NCBI GenBank assembly: GCA_963804975.1 | Contig: CAWDSG010000002.1 | Span: 405,015-469,014 of the forward strand | Source of the DNA: an uncultured bacterium | Lineage (GTDB): Bacteria > Patescibacteriota > Minisyncoccia > Phycocordibacterales > GWA1-40-21 | Direction: 5' to 3' | Length of the DNA stretch: 64,000 nucleotides | Shown here: positions 28,215 through 36,685 of the stretch, piece after piece | Layout: each line of letters starts with the position of its first letter | Position numbering within the stretch: the first letter of the stretch is position 1 | Notes under the pieces: model-generated | Databases searched by the model: none | What the model saw: only the letters and a program-made list of their open reading frames with translations | What the model was told of the DNA's origin: nothing | Translations under genes and position numbers: made by a program

Positions 28215-28542
28215 TGAAAGACAATGCTAAGCCGCTCTCGGCTGGGGTAATGACGGCAAAATCATTTTCCGAAACGGCGACATATCCCTTTGACAATGCA
28301 AGATCCATGGTAATATTTTTTTCCATCGAAAGATATGAAAATTCCAGGGAATCAACATTTGAATTCAAAGATGACATCTGTCCTTCCAAATTTTGCTCGG
28401 CAACGGCATTTTGAAATGTTCTTTCCACCAAAAAGCCGTATAAAATAATGAGCAATGAAAATAAAGAAAAAAGAATCCAGAAAATCTTTTTTTCTCTGTA
28501 TCCTATTTTTTCTATTTGATTTTTGATTATTTGTGCCACCAT
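28201..28542 (-). CDS. ftsL: FtsL-like cell division protein (by position and topology)
   Basis: Small bitopic protein between rsmH and ftsI. Confidence 0.45.
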   Translation of the reverse strand: MVAQIIKNQIEKIGYREKKIFWILFSLFSLLIILYGFLVERTFQNAVAEQNLEGQMSSLNSNVDSLEFSYLSMEKNITMDLALSKGYVAVSENDFAVITPAESGLALSFNENY

Positions 28543-28549
28543 TTTATTT

Positions 28550-29458
28550 TCAAATTTTTTCTATGATTCTTAATTTTGCGCTTCTTGACCGAGGATTCTC
28601 TTTTAATTCATATTCACTTGGCGTAATTGGTTTTTTATTTATAAGCTTTCCTTCTTTTGATTTTGACTTGTCCCTGAAAAAATTCTTGACTTCCCTGTCC
28701 TCAACGCTGTGAAATGAAATTATTGCCATTCGTCCTTCTTTATTCAGCAAATTCCATCCTTTCTCCATTCCTTCTTTGAGAGCGCTGATCTCGTCATTGA
28801 CCGCAATCCTCAAGGCCTGGAATGTTTTTGTGGCAAAATGAATCTTTCCTTTCCTGTAAGATGCCGGAACTGCGTTTCTGATTATTTCCACTAATTCGTC
28901 CGTGGTCTTGATTTCTTTTTTCAATCTTTCTTCCACAATCGCCTTTGCGATTCTTCTTGCATATCTTTCGTCTGAATATCCGTAAAGAATGTCGGCAATG
29001 GTTTCTTCTTTCCAATTATTCAGGATTATTTCGGCCGTCAATATATTTTTTGCCGGACTTTCAGAAAAAGTCATCTGGAGAGGTTCGTTGTTTTTGAAAG
29101 TAAATCCTCTGCCGGAATTTTCTAACTGATCGCTTGAAAGCCCAAGATCCAAAAGTATCGCGTCCACTTTTTGAATATTTAAATCTTTTAGAACCACATC
29201 GATATTTCTGTAATCTGAAAGTACAAGTTTGTAATCGCATCCGATTTTTGCCTGCCCGGCCAGGGAAAGAATTTTTTCGGCATTTTTTATGGCAGACAAA
29301 TCTTTATCTACTGCAATGACCTTCACTTTGCCGCCGAATTCGGAACAGACCTTTGCAGAATGCCCCGCGCGCCCCAAAGTCCCGTCAAAAAATATTGATC
29401 CGGACTTAAGATTTAAATTTTCTATTGCTTCATTTAAAAGAACTGTCTTATGTATCAT
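28550..29458 (-). CDS. rsmH: 16S rRNA m4C1402 methyltransferase RsmH (MraW)
   Basis: MIHKTVLLNEAIENL...DGTLGRAGHS N-terminal signature. Confidence 0.9.
   Translation of the reverse strand: MIHKTVLLNEAIENLNLKSGSIFFDGTLGRAGHSAKVCSEFGGKVKVIAVDKDLSAIKNAEKILSLAGQAKIGCDYKLVLSDYRNIDVVLKDLNIQKVDAILLDLGLSSDQLENSGRGFTFKNNEPLQMTFSESPAKNILTAEIILNNWKEETIADILYGYSDERYARRIAKAIVEERLKKEIKTTDELVEIIRNAVPASYRKGKIHFATKTFQALRIAVNDEISALKEGMEKGWNLLNKEGRMAIISFHSVEDREVKNFFRDKSKSKEGKLINKKPITPSEYELKENPRSRSAKLRIIEKI
29241..29255 (-). repeat. GC-rich palindromic element copy (CCTGCCCGGCCAGGG), in frame in rsmH
   Basis: Encodes LSLAGQAKI. Confidence 0.65.
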
Positions 29459-29462
29459 ATTT

Positions 29463-29897
29463 TTATAACGCGCCCGCCTGTCCGAGTTTCTCCGCCAATT
29501 GGTCTGCTCTCTTTTCCACTCCGCCTTTGTATTCTTTCCAGGCCTCCTCGTTCCAGATTTCCACTCTGTCCTGCACGCCGACTACCGAGACCTTGTTTTT
29601 CAAATCTGCGCGCTTGACCAAGAATTCAGGCAGAAGAATCCTGCCAATAGCGTCCACTTCCACTTCGGTGGCGCTTCCGAACATATAGCGGTTGAAGCTT
29701 CTGTTGTCCGCCTGGAGCATTGAAAAGTTTGAAAGCTTTGATGAAATATTTTTCCACTGCGCGAGAGTAAAAAGCCAAAGGCAGTTATCAAGTCCGGCAG
29801 TCACGATGATTTTCTTGCCGATTTCCTTTCTGAATTTCACAGGCAAAGACACTCTTTTCTTCTCGTCCAGTGTATGTATGTATTCGCCGATTAACAT
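29463..29897 (-). CDS. mraZ: transcriptional regulator MraZ
   Basis: MLIGEYIHTLDEKKRVSLPVKFRKE; duplicated MraZ fold. Confidence 0.9.
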   Translation of the reverse strand: MLIGEYIHTLDEKKRVSLPVKFRKEIGKKIIVTAGLDNCLWLFTLAQWKNISSKLSNFSMLQADNRSFNRYMFGSATEVEVDAIGRILLPEFLVKRADLKNKVSVVGVQDRVEIWNEEAWKEYKGGVEKRADQLAEKLGQAGAL

Positions 29898-30016
29898 GAT
29901 AGATTTTTTTAAGCGAGCAAAGCGAGATTTTTAAAAATCATCACCCTGTGAAATATTTTGATTTATCAAAATCAAATCGTGGAAGATTTATATTTCACTG
30001 AGGTAAATTTTCGTAT

Positions 30017-30066
30017 CTTCCCACTTCTTCCCACCTGATGTATATTTTATTACACTTTATCCCACA
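30017..30066 (-). promoter_or_regulatory. putative MraZ operator: GTGGG direct repeats (GTGGGAAGAAGTGGG plus a third GTGGG 31 nt away) about 120 nt upstream of mraZ
   Basis: On the minus strand GGTGGGAAGAAGTGGGAAGA gives two GTGGG boxes with a 5-nt spacer, as described for MraZ-binding repeats in other bacteria. Confidence 0.45.
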
Positions 30067-30235
30067 ATACAACAAGTCATCTCACTTCTCTTCCGCTATG
30101 ATTCCGGCTGATTATTCAAAAAATATGAATAGAAAAAATACGGCTCAAAATAAGCTTATAAAAATAAAAACGAACAAAAAAGTCATTTGAAACTTTTCCG
30201 CTCGTTTTAAGTTATCAACAGGTTATGAATAGTTC

Positions 30236-30504
30236 AAAAATAAAAGGGTTCCGCACGGAACCCTTTCGGTCAAGCCACAATTTGTTAATTGGCGCGTGGT
30301 ATTTCACTTATGCTTCATTTTCGACTCCAGAATTACTGGCATAATTCTTTCAGTGTCTCCCACGTATTCTACTCAACCAAATAACTCTTATAGGCCCAGT
30401 AACGGGGATCGAACCCGTCCCACCAAAGTTCCTACTCCCATGATGCCTTTCATGAAGGAACCCGACAACTTGGTAGTGCCATGAGAACTTACTGTTGTTA
30501 TCCC
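30236..30504 (-). ncRNA. candidate ~270-nt small RNA of unknown class, with its own promoter and terminator; contains a tRNA-like T-arm
   Basis: Minus strand: TTGACT-N17-TAATAT promoter right after the lysS stop, and the intrinsic terminator GAAAGGGTTCCGTGCGGAACCCTTT + T-run at the 3' end. Internal GGGACGGGTTCGATCCCCGTTACTGGGCC T-arm/acceptor-like element. CCAGTAATTCTGGAGTCGAAA resembles a tmRNA 5' end, but no plausible tag ORF. Confidence 0.35.
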
Positions 30505-30559
30505 AAAAATATATTAATATTTTAAAATAATAAAGTCAAGAAAAAAAATAGTTTTTATT

Positions 30560-32032
30560 TTATCCCCTTGGTCGCATAAACGGAAAAATTTGGCATTCGC
30601 GGGCGGATTTGTCCATAAGAAAAATAAAGAGCAGTTCTGAAAAACCAAATCCGAATGTCGGCGGCATTCCATACTCAAGCGCTTCCACAAAATCGCTATC
30701 CATCATCTGCGCTTCCTCGTCCCCTTCTGCGCGAAGCTTTGCCTGCTCTTCAAACCTTTGCATCTGATCAATCGGGTCATTCAATTCGCTGAAACCCTTG
30801 CCCATTTCATTTCCGGCAAGTATCACTTGGAATCTTTCCACTAGATTTTTATTTTTCTCCATTCTCTTTGCAAGCGGTTCCATTATTACCGGGACATTCA
30901 CAAGAAATCCCGGGCCGGCAATCTGCTTTCTGCAATATTTCCAAAGTGCGTCAATGCCGCGATTCATATTGAATCCTTTCCTGTCATATTCCACTTTCAA
31001 ACTCTGCAATTTCTTTTCTATTTCTTTCATATCTGTTTTTAGCACATCAATATCGGTCGTTTTTTTGATCGTTTCAACATAATCATACTTTTCCCATTTC
31101 TTTCCTAAATCTATATCAAATCCTTTTATCTTGAATTTCAGCGTGCCGAATATTTCTTCCGCGATATATTTATACAAATCCTGTACAAATTTCATACCCT
31201 CGTTGTAATCGGAATATGCCTGATAAAATTCCACCTGCGTATAATCCTGCAAATGCTCGGCATCAACACCCTCATTTCTGAAAATTCTGCCGACTTCATA
31301 AACCTTCGGAAAACCGGCAACAATGAGACGCTTGAGCCAAAGCTCCAGAGAAATTCTTAAATAAACATCCGTGTCATACGCGTTATAATGCGTGATGAAC
31401 GGCTTGGCTTCCGCTCCGCCTGCGGTATTTTCAAGAACTGGTGTCTGTACTTCCATAAAACCTGATTTTTCAAGAAATTTTCGAATTGCGACGAAAAATT
31501 TTGCTTTTTTCTCAATCATATCTTTGACTTTCGGATTGAATATGATGTCCAGATATCTTTTTCTCAATCTTTCTTCTTCATCGGCAAGGCCATGCCATTT
31601 CTCCGGAAGCGGGCGCAAAGATTTGGCAAGCATTTTCCAATCCGCGACTTGCAAAGTTTTTTCTCCTCGCTTCGTCACAAAAAGTTTTCCGGAAATTTCC
31701 ACAAAATCCCCGATATCTGCCGTATCGGAAAATAAATCAAAAAGTTTGCCTGACCGGCCAGGTTCATCCATTTCGTCGCGTTTCAAAAGCCCCTGAAAAG
31801 TTCCTGTGCCGTCATTTATATTAAAAAATACAAGTCCGCCCTGCCCCCTGATGGACATTATTCTACCAACAAGATGAATATCTTTTTCTTTTTTGGATAT
31901 TTTTTCAAAATCAGAAACAACTTCAGCGAGCAAATAATCTTTTTTGGAAACTGCCGGGTAAGGATTTATACCGAGCTTCTCAAGCTTTTTCAGTTTTTCT
32001 ATTCTGGTATTTCTTAATTCTTCAAAAGCCAT
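30560..32032 (-). CDS. lysS: lysyl-tRNA synthetase (class II)
   Basis: N-terminal OB anticodon-binding domain plus class II catalytic core, 490 aa. Confidence 0.9.
   Translation of the reverse strand: MAFEELRNTRIEKLKKLEKLGINPYPAVSKKDYLLAEVVSDFEKISKKEKDIHLVGRIMSIRGQGGLVFFNINDGTGTFQGLLKRDEMDEPGRSGKLFDLFSDTADIGDFVEISGKLFVTKRGEKTLQVADWKMLAKSLRPLPEKWHGLADEEERLRKRYLDIIFNPKVKDMIEKKAKFFVAIRKFLEKSGFMEVQTPVLENTAGGAEAKPFITHYNAYDTDVYLRISLELWLKRLIVAGFPKVYEVGRIFRNEGVDAEHLQDYTQVEFYQAYSDYNEGMKFVQDLYKYIAEEIFGTLKFKIKGFDIDLGKKWEKYDYVETIKKTTDIDVLKTDMKEIEKKLQSLKVEYDRKGFNMNRGIDALWKYCRKQIAGPGFLVNVPVIMEPLAKRMEKNKNLVERFQVILAGNEMGKGFSELNDPIDQMQRFEEQAKLRAEGDEEAQMMDSDFVEALEYGMPPTFGFGFSELLFIFLMDKSARECQIFPFMRPRG
31748..31761 (-). 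repeat. GC-rich palindromic element copy (CCTGACCGGCCAGG), in frame in lysS
   Basis: Encodes EPGRSGK. Confidence 0.55.
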
Positions 32033-32043
32033 TATTTAATATT

Positions 32044-32526
32044 TTATTTTACATCAACAACTTTATATTCCATTTTCCCGCTTGGAGAATTAAAAGAAAA
32101 CGATTCGCCTTTCTTTTTGCCGAGCACCGCTGCGCCGATCGGAGATTTGTTTGATATCTTGCCGCCTGACATATTTGACTCGGCCGAACCAACAATCATA
32201 AAAGTTCTTTTTGTTCCCTGGCCGGGCAGGCCGTCATTTTTCTCCACAGTCACCGTGCTGCCTATCATCGCATGGTCGCCGTGCCTGTCTTCCACCACAA
32301 TGGAATTCTTCAATATTGATTCAAGTTTGGAAATCCTCTCTTCTATATCCGCTTGCTGGGCCCGCGCTTCATGATATTCGGCATTTTCCGAAAGATCACC
32401 GAGCCCGCGCGCATAATCAAGCGCTTCGGCAACTTCTTTTCTTTTTACATTCTTAAGTTCTTTGAGCTCGGCTGCCAATTCATCATACTTCTGTTTCGTA
32501 AGATACTCTCTTTGTACATCGGCCAT
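32044..32526 (-). CDS. greA: transcription elongation factor GreA
   Basis: LTKQKYDELAAELKELKNVKRKEVAEALDYARGLGDLSENAEYHEARAQQADIEERISKLE signature. Confidence 0.9.
   Translation of the reverse strand: MADVQREYLTKQKYDELAAELKELKNVKRKEVAEALDYARGLGDLSENAEYHEARAQQADIEERISKLESILKNSIVVEDRHGDHAMIGSTVTVEKNDGLPGQGTKRTFMIVGSAESNMSGGKISNKSPIGAAVLGKKKGESFSFNSPSGKMEYKVVDVK
32217..32230 (-). repeat. GC-rich palindromic element copy (CCTGGCCGGGCAGG), in frame in greA
   Basis: Encodes the extra loop residues GLPGQG, which are absent from E. coli GreA at this position. Confidence 0.65.
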
Positions 32527-32717
32527 CCCAGTTGTAAAATTTTAAAGCTACTAATGTTTATTTTGACCTTTATAATGATTTAAACTCACTCAAACTCTTG
32601 CTTTGTTATTGTCCTATCGGAATTTACAACGGGACAAGTGATATTAGATTTTGTTATATTTATAAACTTGCGCAAATTCTAGCAATTTTAAGGCGGAAAG
32701 TAAAGGATTTTTTATTC
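32527..32717 (-). promoter_or_regulatory. greA promoter/leader module, copy A of a duplicated element (box1 CACTTGTCCCGTTGTAAATTCCGA; box2 AGCTTTAAAATTTTACAACTGGG-ATG)
   Basis: Box2 matches 26/26 and box1 22/23 with the module in front of mrdA. Candidate -35 TTGTCC, 17-nt spacer, -10 GACAAT. Confidence 0.5.
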
Positions 32718-34421
32718 TTATTTCAGATACTCCGGTTTGTTCGCATTCATCCAGTCAAAAACCTGCCTCATCACATAAACGCCTCCGAGAGTATTCGCCG
32801 CCGGGCCTTTTTCCATAACCACGGCAAAAGCGTATTTCGGATTACCATACGGGAAAAATCCTGTCACCCAAGAATTGGTAAATTGGTTATTAACGCCAAG
32901 CTGAGCCGTGCCTGTTTTTGCGGCAATTGCCACATAAGGAACATTGAGGCCGACCGCCACGCCGCCCTCCACATCCATTCTCATGCCGGCGCGCACGATG
33001 TTAAAATAATTTTTGTCAAAATTTAATTGTGTGAAATCATTCGGATTTCCGCCTGAAATTATAGACGGCGCCAAAAGTTTTCCGCTATTTGCAATGCTTG
33101 CAATCGCCCTTGCCATCTGGATCGGAGTGACTTGCCAGCCGTATTGCCCTATCGCCGTATGATACGTGTCACCGATAAGCCAGCTTTCATTATTGAAATT
33201 TTCCGCTTTCCATTCCGGGTTCGGAACAGTGCCGGCGCTGCCATTGAAAAATCCTTCAGGCAAATCTTTTCCAAAACCGAACATATCCATATATTTGTCT
33301 ATCATATTTATGCCGAGGCCTTTCTGGTTTTCATATCCTCCGCCGATTTCATAAAAATAAACGTCTGAAGAAACGGCGATGGCCTGCTCCATATCAACCC
33401 ATCCTTGCGGCCTCCAATCTTTGAATATTGAAGGATGATTCGGATCATACGGATTGGGAACGGAAATTGAACCTGTACTTAAAATCTTGGTTTTCGGATC
33501 AATAATTTTTTCGGAAAGAGCGGCAAGAGCTATAAAAGGTTTTACGATTGAACCCGGCGTGTAGAGGCCGTTGATCGCCCTGTTCAGAAATGGATTGTTT
33601 TTATCGCTAAGAAATCGGTTGATCGCTTTTGTGTTTGTCTTATCGGTCAAAATCTGGGAATCATATTCCGGAAAGCTTGTCATGGCTATTACCTCGCCTG
33701 TGTTTGCATCCATTATGACTCCTGCGCCGCCCGTAAATCCGGTTTGCGCCGTGAGGCCGGCAATAATATTATAAAGCTCGGTTTGTACATCGGAATCTAT
33801 TGAAAGAGTGATATTTTCACCGTCAATCGGCTTTTGTTCAACGCTTTGCGACTCTATATTTCCGTTTGCATCCGTTTCAACGATGCGGAGGCCGTTTGCT
33901 CCGGCAAGCTCTCCATTAAAAAATTTTTCCACCCCGTCCTCGCCGACAAAATCCTCATTATAATAAAAACCGGAATTATCTTTCTGCGGATATTTCAAAT
34001 AACCGACGAGATCGGATAAACCCGGCGCGTCATCGTAAATTCTTAGCGAAAATTCCGGAGTGCTTGAGCCGGCAATGTTCCAAGCGAGTTCTTCGCCGTT
34101 TCTGTCGTAAATAACGCCTCTTTGCGGAAAAAGAATCGTGTATCTGAGCATGTTATTGTTGCTTTTTTCGAGATATTCGCTGCCATGAACCGCCTGCAAT
34201 AAAAAAGATTTGATAAAAAAAAGGCAAAAAATCAAAACACAGAATATGCCGAAAGAAATGAATGTTTTTGAGGAAATTGTTTTTTCAAGCCGCCCTTCAA
34301 ACTGGTTTACGTCGAATTTCGGCAGATTTTCCGAATCCAAAAAAATCTCGTCAGGATCGATATCTTTTATCCTGCTCTCGTACCGATTATTTCTGAATTT
34401 TCTCTTGAATTTATTGAACAT
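32718..34421 (-). CDS. mrdA: penicillin-binding protein 2 (elongation transpeptidase)
   Basis: SxxK (GSIVKP), SSD, KTGTAQ motifs. Follows mreBCD. Confidence 0.85.
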   Translation of the reverse strand: MFNKFKRKFRNNRYESRIKDIDPDEIFLDSENLPKFDVNQFEGRLEKTISSKTFISFGIFCVLIFCLFFIKSFLLQAVHGSEYLEKSNNNMLRYTILFPQRGVIYDRNGEELAWNIAGSSTPEFSLRIYDDAPGLSDLVGYLKYPQKDNSGFYYNEDFVGEDGVEKFFNGELAGANGLRIVETDANGNIESQSVEQKPIDGENITLSIDSDVQTELYNIIAGLTAQTGFTGGAGVIMDANTGEVIAMTSFPEYDSQILTDKTNTKAINRFLSDKNNPFLNRAINGLYTPGSIVKPFIALAALSEKIIDPKTKILSTGSISVPNPYDPNHPSIFKDWRPQGWVDMEQAIAVSSDVYFYEIGGGYENQKGLGINMIDKYMDMFGFGKDLPEGFFNGSAGTVPNPEWKAENFNNESWLIGDTYHTAIGQYGWQVTPIQMARAIASIANSGKLLAPSIISGGNPNDFTQLNFDKNYFNIVRAGMRMDVEGGVAVGLNVPYVAIAAKTGTAQLGVNNQFTNSWVTGFFPYGNPKYAFAVVMEKGPAANTLGGVYVMRQVFDWMNANKPEYLK

Positions 34422-34543
34422 CCCAGTTGTAAAATTTTAAAGCTGTTAATATTTGGTTTTATTTTTATATTAATTTTTAATTTTTCTATATTTTTCTTCG
34501 TCATTATCAGTTCGGAATTTACAACTGGACAAGTGGTTGATTT
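34422..34543 (-). promoter_or_regulatory. mrdA promoter/leader module, copy B of the duplicated element
   Basis: CACTTGTCCAGTTGTAAATTCCGA ... AGCTTTAAAATTTTACAACTGGG-ATG. Box1 and box2 contain 11-nt inverted repeats (CCAGTTGTAAA / TTTACAACTGG). Candidate -10 is TGATAAT. Confidence 0.5.
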
Positions 34544-34807
34544 TTAAATTCGGTAAAATTTTATTATTTTTTTCAATGGGAAAGACAAAATAAATATAAT
34601 GATCGCAAGCGCGGTGAAAACATAATGGAAATGGATTCCCATGAATCCTCCGCCGCCATAGAGGATATCCAGAATGAAAGCCCAGACGATTGATTCAACG
34701 AATATATGGAAAATAAAAATAAACGCGAAAATCAGAAAAAAAGTGAGATATGGCGGAAGAAGAAAAACCGACAGGATAAGTATGCAGTTTGAAAAAATCC
34801 GCGTCAT
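34544..34807 (-). CDS. mreD: rod shape-determining protein MreD-like small membrane protein
   Basis: Position after mreC; about 3 TM segments in 87 aa. Confidence 0.45.
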   Translation of the reverse strand: MTRIFSNCILILSVFLLPPYLTFFLIFAFIFIFHIFVESIVWAFILDILYGGGGFMGIHFHYVFTALAIIIFILSFPLKKIIKFYRI

Positions 34808-34809
34808 GG

Positions 34810-35616
34810 TTATTTGGTCTTATCGCCCGGCAAGACTTCCACATATTGGAGCTCCGAAATATTTACCGGATTTTTGAATAAAATTGTTTCAAAAGAATCG
34901 GCAGGCTTTGATTCTATTTTTTCCACTGCGCTGAAAACATTGTATGAAATCGACGGAACAACGATTGGATCTCCGATTTTAATATCGGAGCCGGCCGGCG
35001 TTTTGGCAACGAAATTTCCTCCTCCCATTCCATTAGCTTCTTTTTCAATTTTATCGCTGCCTATAAGCACATTCATTTTTTCTCCGGACGAAGAATATAA
35101 GACGACTTTTGACGAATAATCATACAATTCGGCGACATAGCCGATATAAATATTTCCGTTTGCCAAAACCTGATCTCCAGCCGATATGTCGTCTTCGCTC
35201 CCGGCATCGATTATCAGAGTATCATACGGCGATAAAAACGGTTTAGTTAAAATTGCCGCAAGAATTTCCTTTTGGCTGTTATTTTTCCTGCCAAGAATAT
35301 TTTTCAGGTTGTCATTCTCATTTTTTATCGCTTCAAAAAGAAGTTGATTCTCCCGGTCATTTTCCAGCGATTTTTTCAGCAGATTATTCTCGGCAATGAG
35401 CGAAGATTTGGAACGCATAAGCTCTATGCTTTCGGAAAAGAAAACTGTGATGGAATTTCTGATATTCCAAAAAGGCGAAGCAACGCCGAATAAAATATTC
35501 CTCGGCGCATAAAAAGAGAAAATCACTATGAAAAAAACAACGAAAAAACTTGCAAGAATAAATTTCTTTTTGCCGCTTCTTTGTCCAAAATTGTCATTTC
35601 TTAGGCGGAAGTTCAT
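34810..35616 (-). CDS. mreC: rod shape-determining protein MreC
   Basis: N-terminal TM, coiled-coil, C-terminal beta domain. Sits in the mreB-mreC-mreD position. Confidence 0.8.
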   Translation of the reverse strand: MNFRLRNDNFGQRSGKKKFILASFFVVFFIVIFSFYAPRNILFGVASPFWNIRNSITVFFSESIELMRSKSSLIAENNLLKKSLENDRENQLLFEAIKNENDNLKNILGRKNNSQKEILAAILTKPFLSPYDTLIIDAGSEDDISAGDQVLANGNIYIGYVAELYDYSSKVVLYSSSGEKMNVLIGSDKIEKEANGMGGGNFVAKTPAGSDIKIGDPIVVPSISYNVFSAVEKIESKPADSFETILFKNPVNISELQYVEVLPGDKTK

Positions 35617-36685
35617 CTTCTTTCTGTATTAATACATCCTTATACGTTTCCATATTTTCAAGGATGATTCCTGCTCCTCTCGCTACGGCAGTAAGCGGAT
35701 CATCGGCAATTCTCACGGGAATTTTCAGATAATTGCTCAAAAGATTGTCAAATCCTTTTATAAGCGCTCCTCCGCCGAAAAGATATATGCCGCGTTGCAT
35801 TATATCGGAAAGAATTTCCGGAGGCGTGGTTTCAAGAACTTCTTTCGTGCCTTCAACCAAACTTTCAATGGATCCCGACATTGCTTCCCTCACATCGGAA
35901 TCCGTAAGAATAACTTCTCGAGGCAGACCGGTTATCAAGTCCCTTCCTTTTATAGGAGCTTCAAGTATCTCGCATGGAACAACCGAACCGATGCATATTT
36001 TTATATTTTCAGCGGTTTTTTCTCCTATCAATATTTTAAATTCGCTTCTGATGTAGCTTATAATGTCGTTGTTCAATTTATCTCCGGCGATTCTTAAATT
36101 TTTTGACCTGACAATTCCCCCAAGCGATATGACCGCAATATCCGAAGTTCCTCCGCCGATATCTATAACCATATTTCCAACCGGATCGTGTATGGGCAAA
36201 CGAATGCCGATCGCCCCCGCCATCGGCTCTTCGACGATATGAACTTCACGTGCGCCGGCATTCCTTGCGGCATCGCGGACCGCGCGAATCTCAACATTTG
36301 TCACACCGCTTGGCACACCGACTACAACTCTCGGTCCGAGTATTTTAGGGGAAAGTTCCTCAGCTTTTTTGATGAGGTATGCGATCATTTCTTCAGTTAC
36401 TTCAAAATCAGAAATTACGCCGTCAACTAACGGCCTGACAGCCGCAATATGTGGAGGAGTTCTGCCGAGCATTTCTCTTGCTTGCGCTCCGACTGCTACT
36501 ACTTGTCCTGTTTTTTGATTCAGGGCAACTACCGACGGCTCGTTTATGACAATTCCCTTTCCGGCCAAATAAACCAGGGTATTTGCCGTACCCAGATCAA
36601 TCCCAATGTCATTGGAAAGATATTTGTCTATTTTTTTTCTGAGATTTTTAAACATTTTTTTATTTATATTTCTTAACAAAATCAA
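35594..36685 (-). CDS. mreB: rod shape-determining protein MreB
   Basis: DIGIDLGTANTLVY, actin-like ATPase motifs. True start may be the MFKNLRKK Met at 36655. Confidence 0.9.
   Translation of the reverse strand: MILLRNINKKMFKNLRKKIDKYLSNDIGIDLGTANTLVYLAGKGIVINEPSVVALNQKTGQVVAVGAQAREMLGRTPPHIAAVRPLVDGVISDFEVTEEMIAYLIKKAEELSPKILGPRVVVGVPSGVTNVEIRAVRDAARNAGAREVHIVEEPMAGAIGIRLPIHDPVGNMVIDIGGGTSDIAVISLGGIVRSKNLRIAGDKLNNDIISYIRSEFKILIGEKTAENIKICIGSVVPCEILEAPIKGRDLITGLPREVILTDSDVREAMSGSIESLVEGTKEVLETTPPEILSDIMQRGIYLFGGGALIKGFDNLLSNYLKIPVRIADDPLTAVARGAGIILENMETYKDVLIQKEDELPPKK

Noticed and set aside
30236-30504. Calling this locus a two-piece (permuted) tmRNA gene
   Set aside because: Kept only as a hypothesis in findings. 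The T-arm and a tmRNA-like 5' motif are there, but the would-be coding piece has only about 110 nt before the terminator, with no pseudoknots and no plausible tag reading frame ending in hydrophobic residues.
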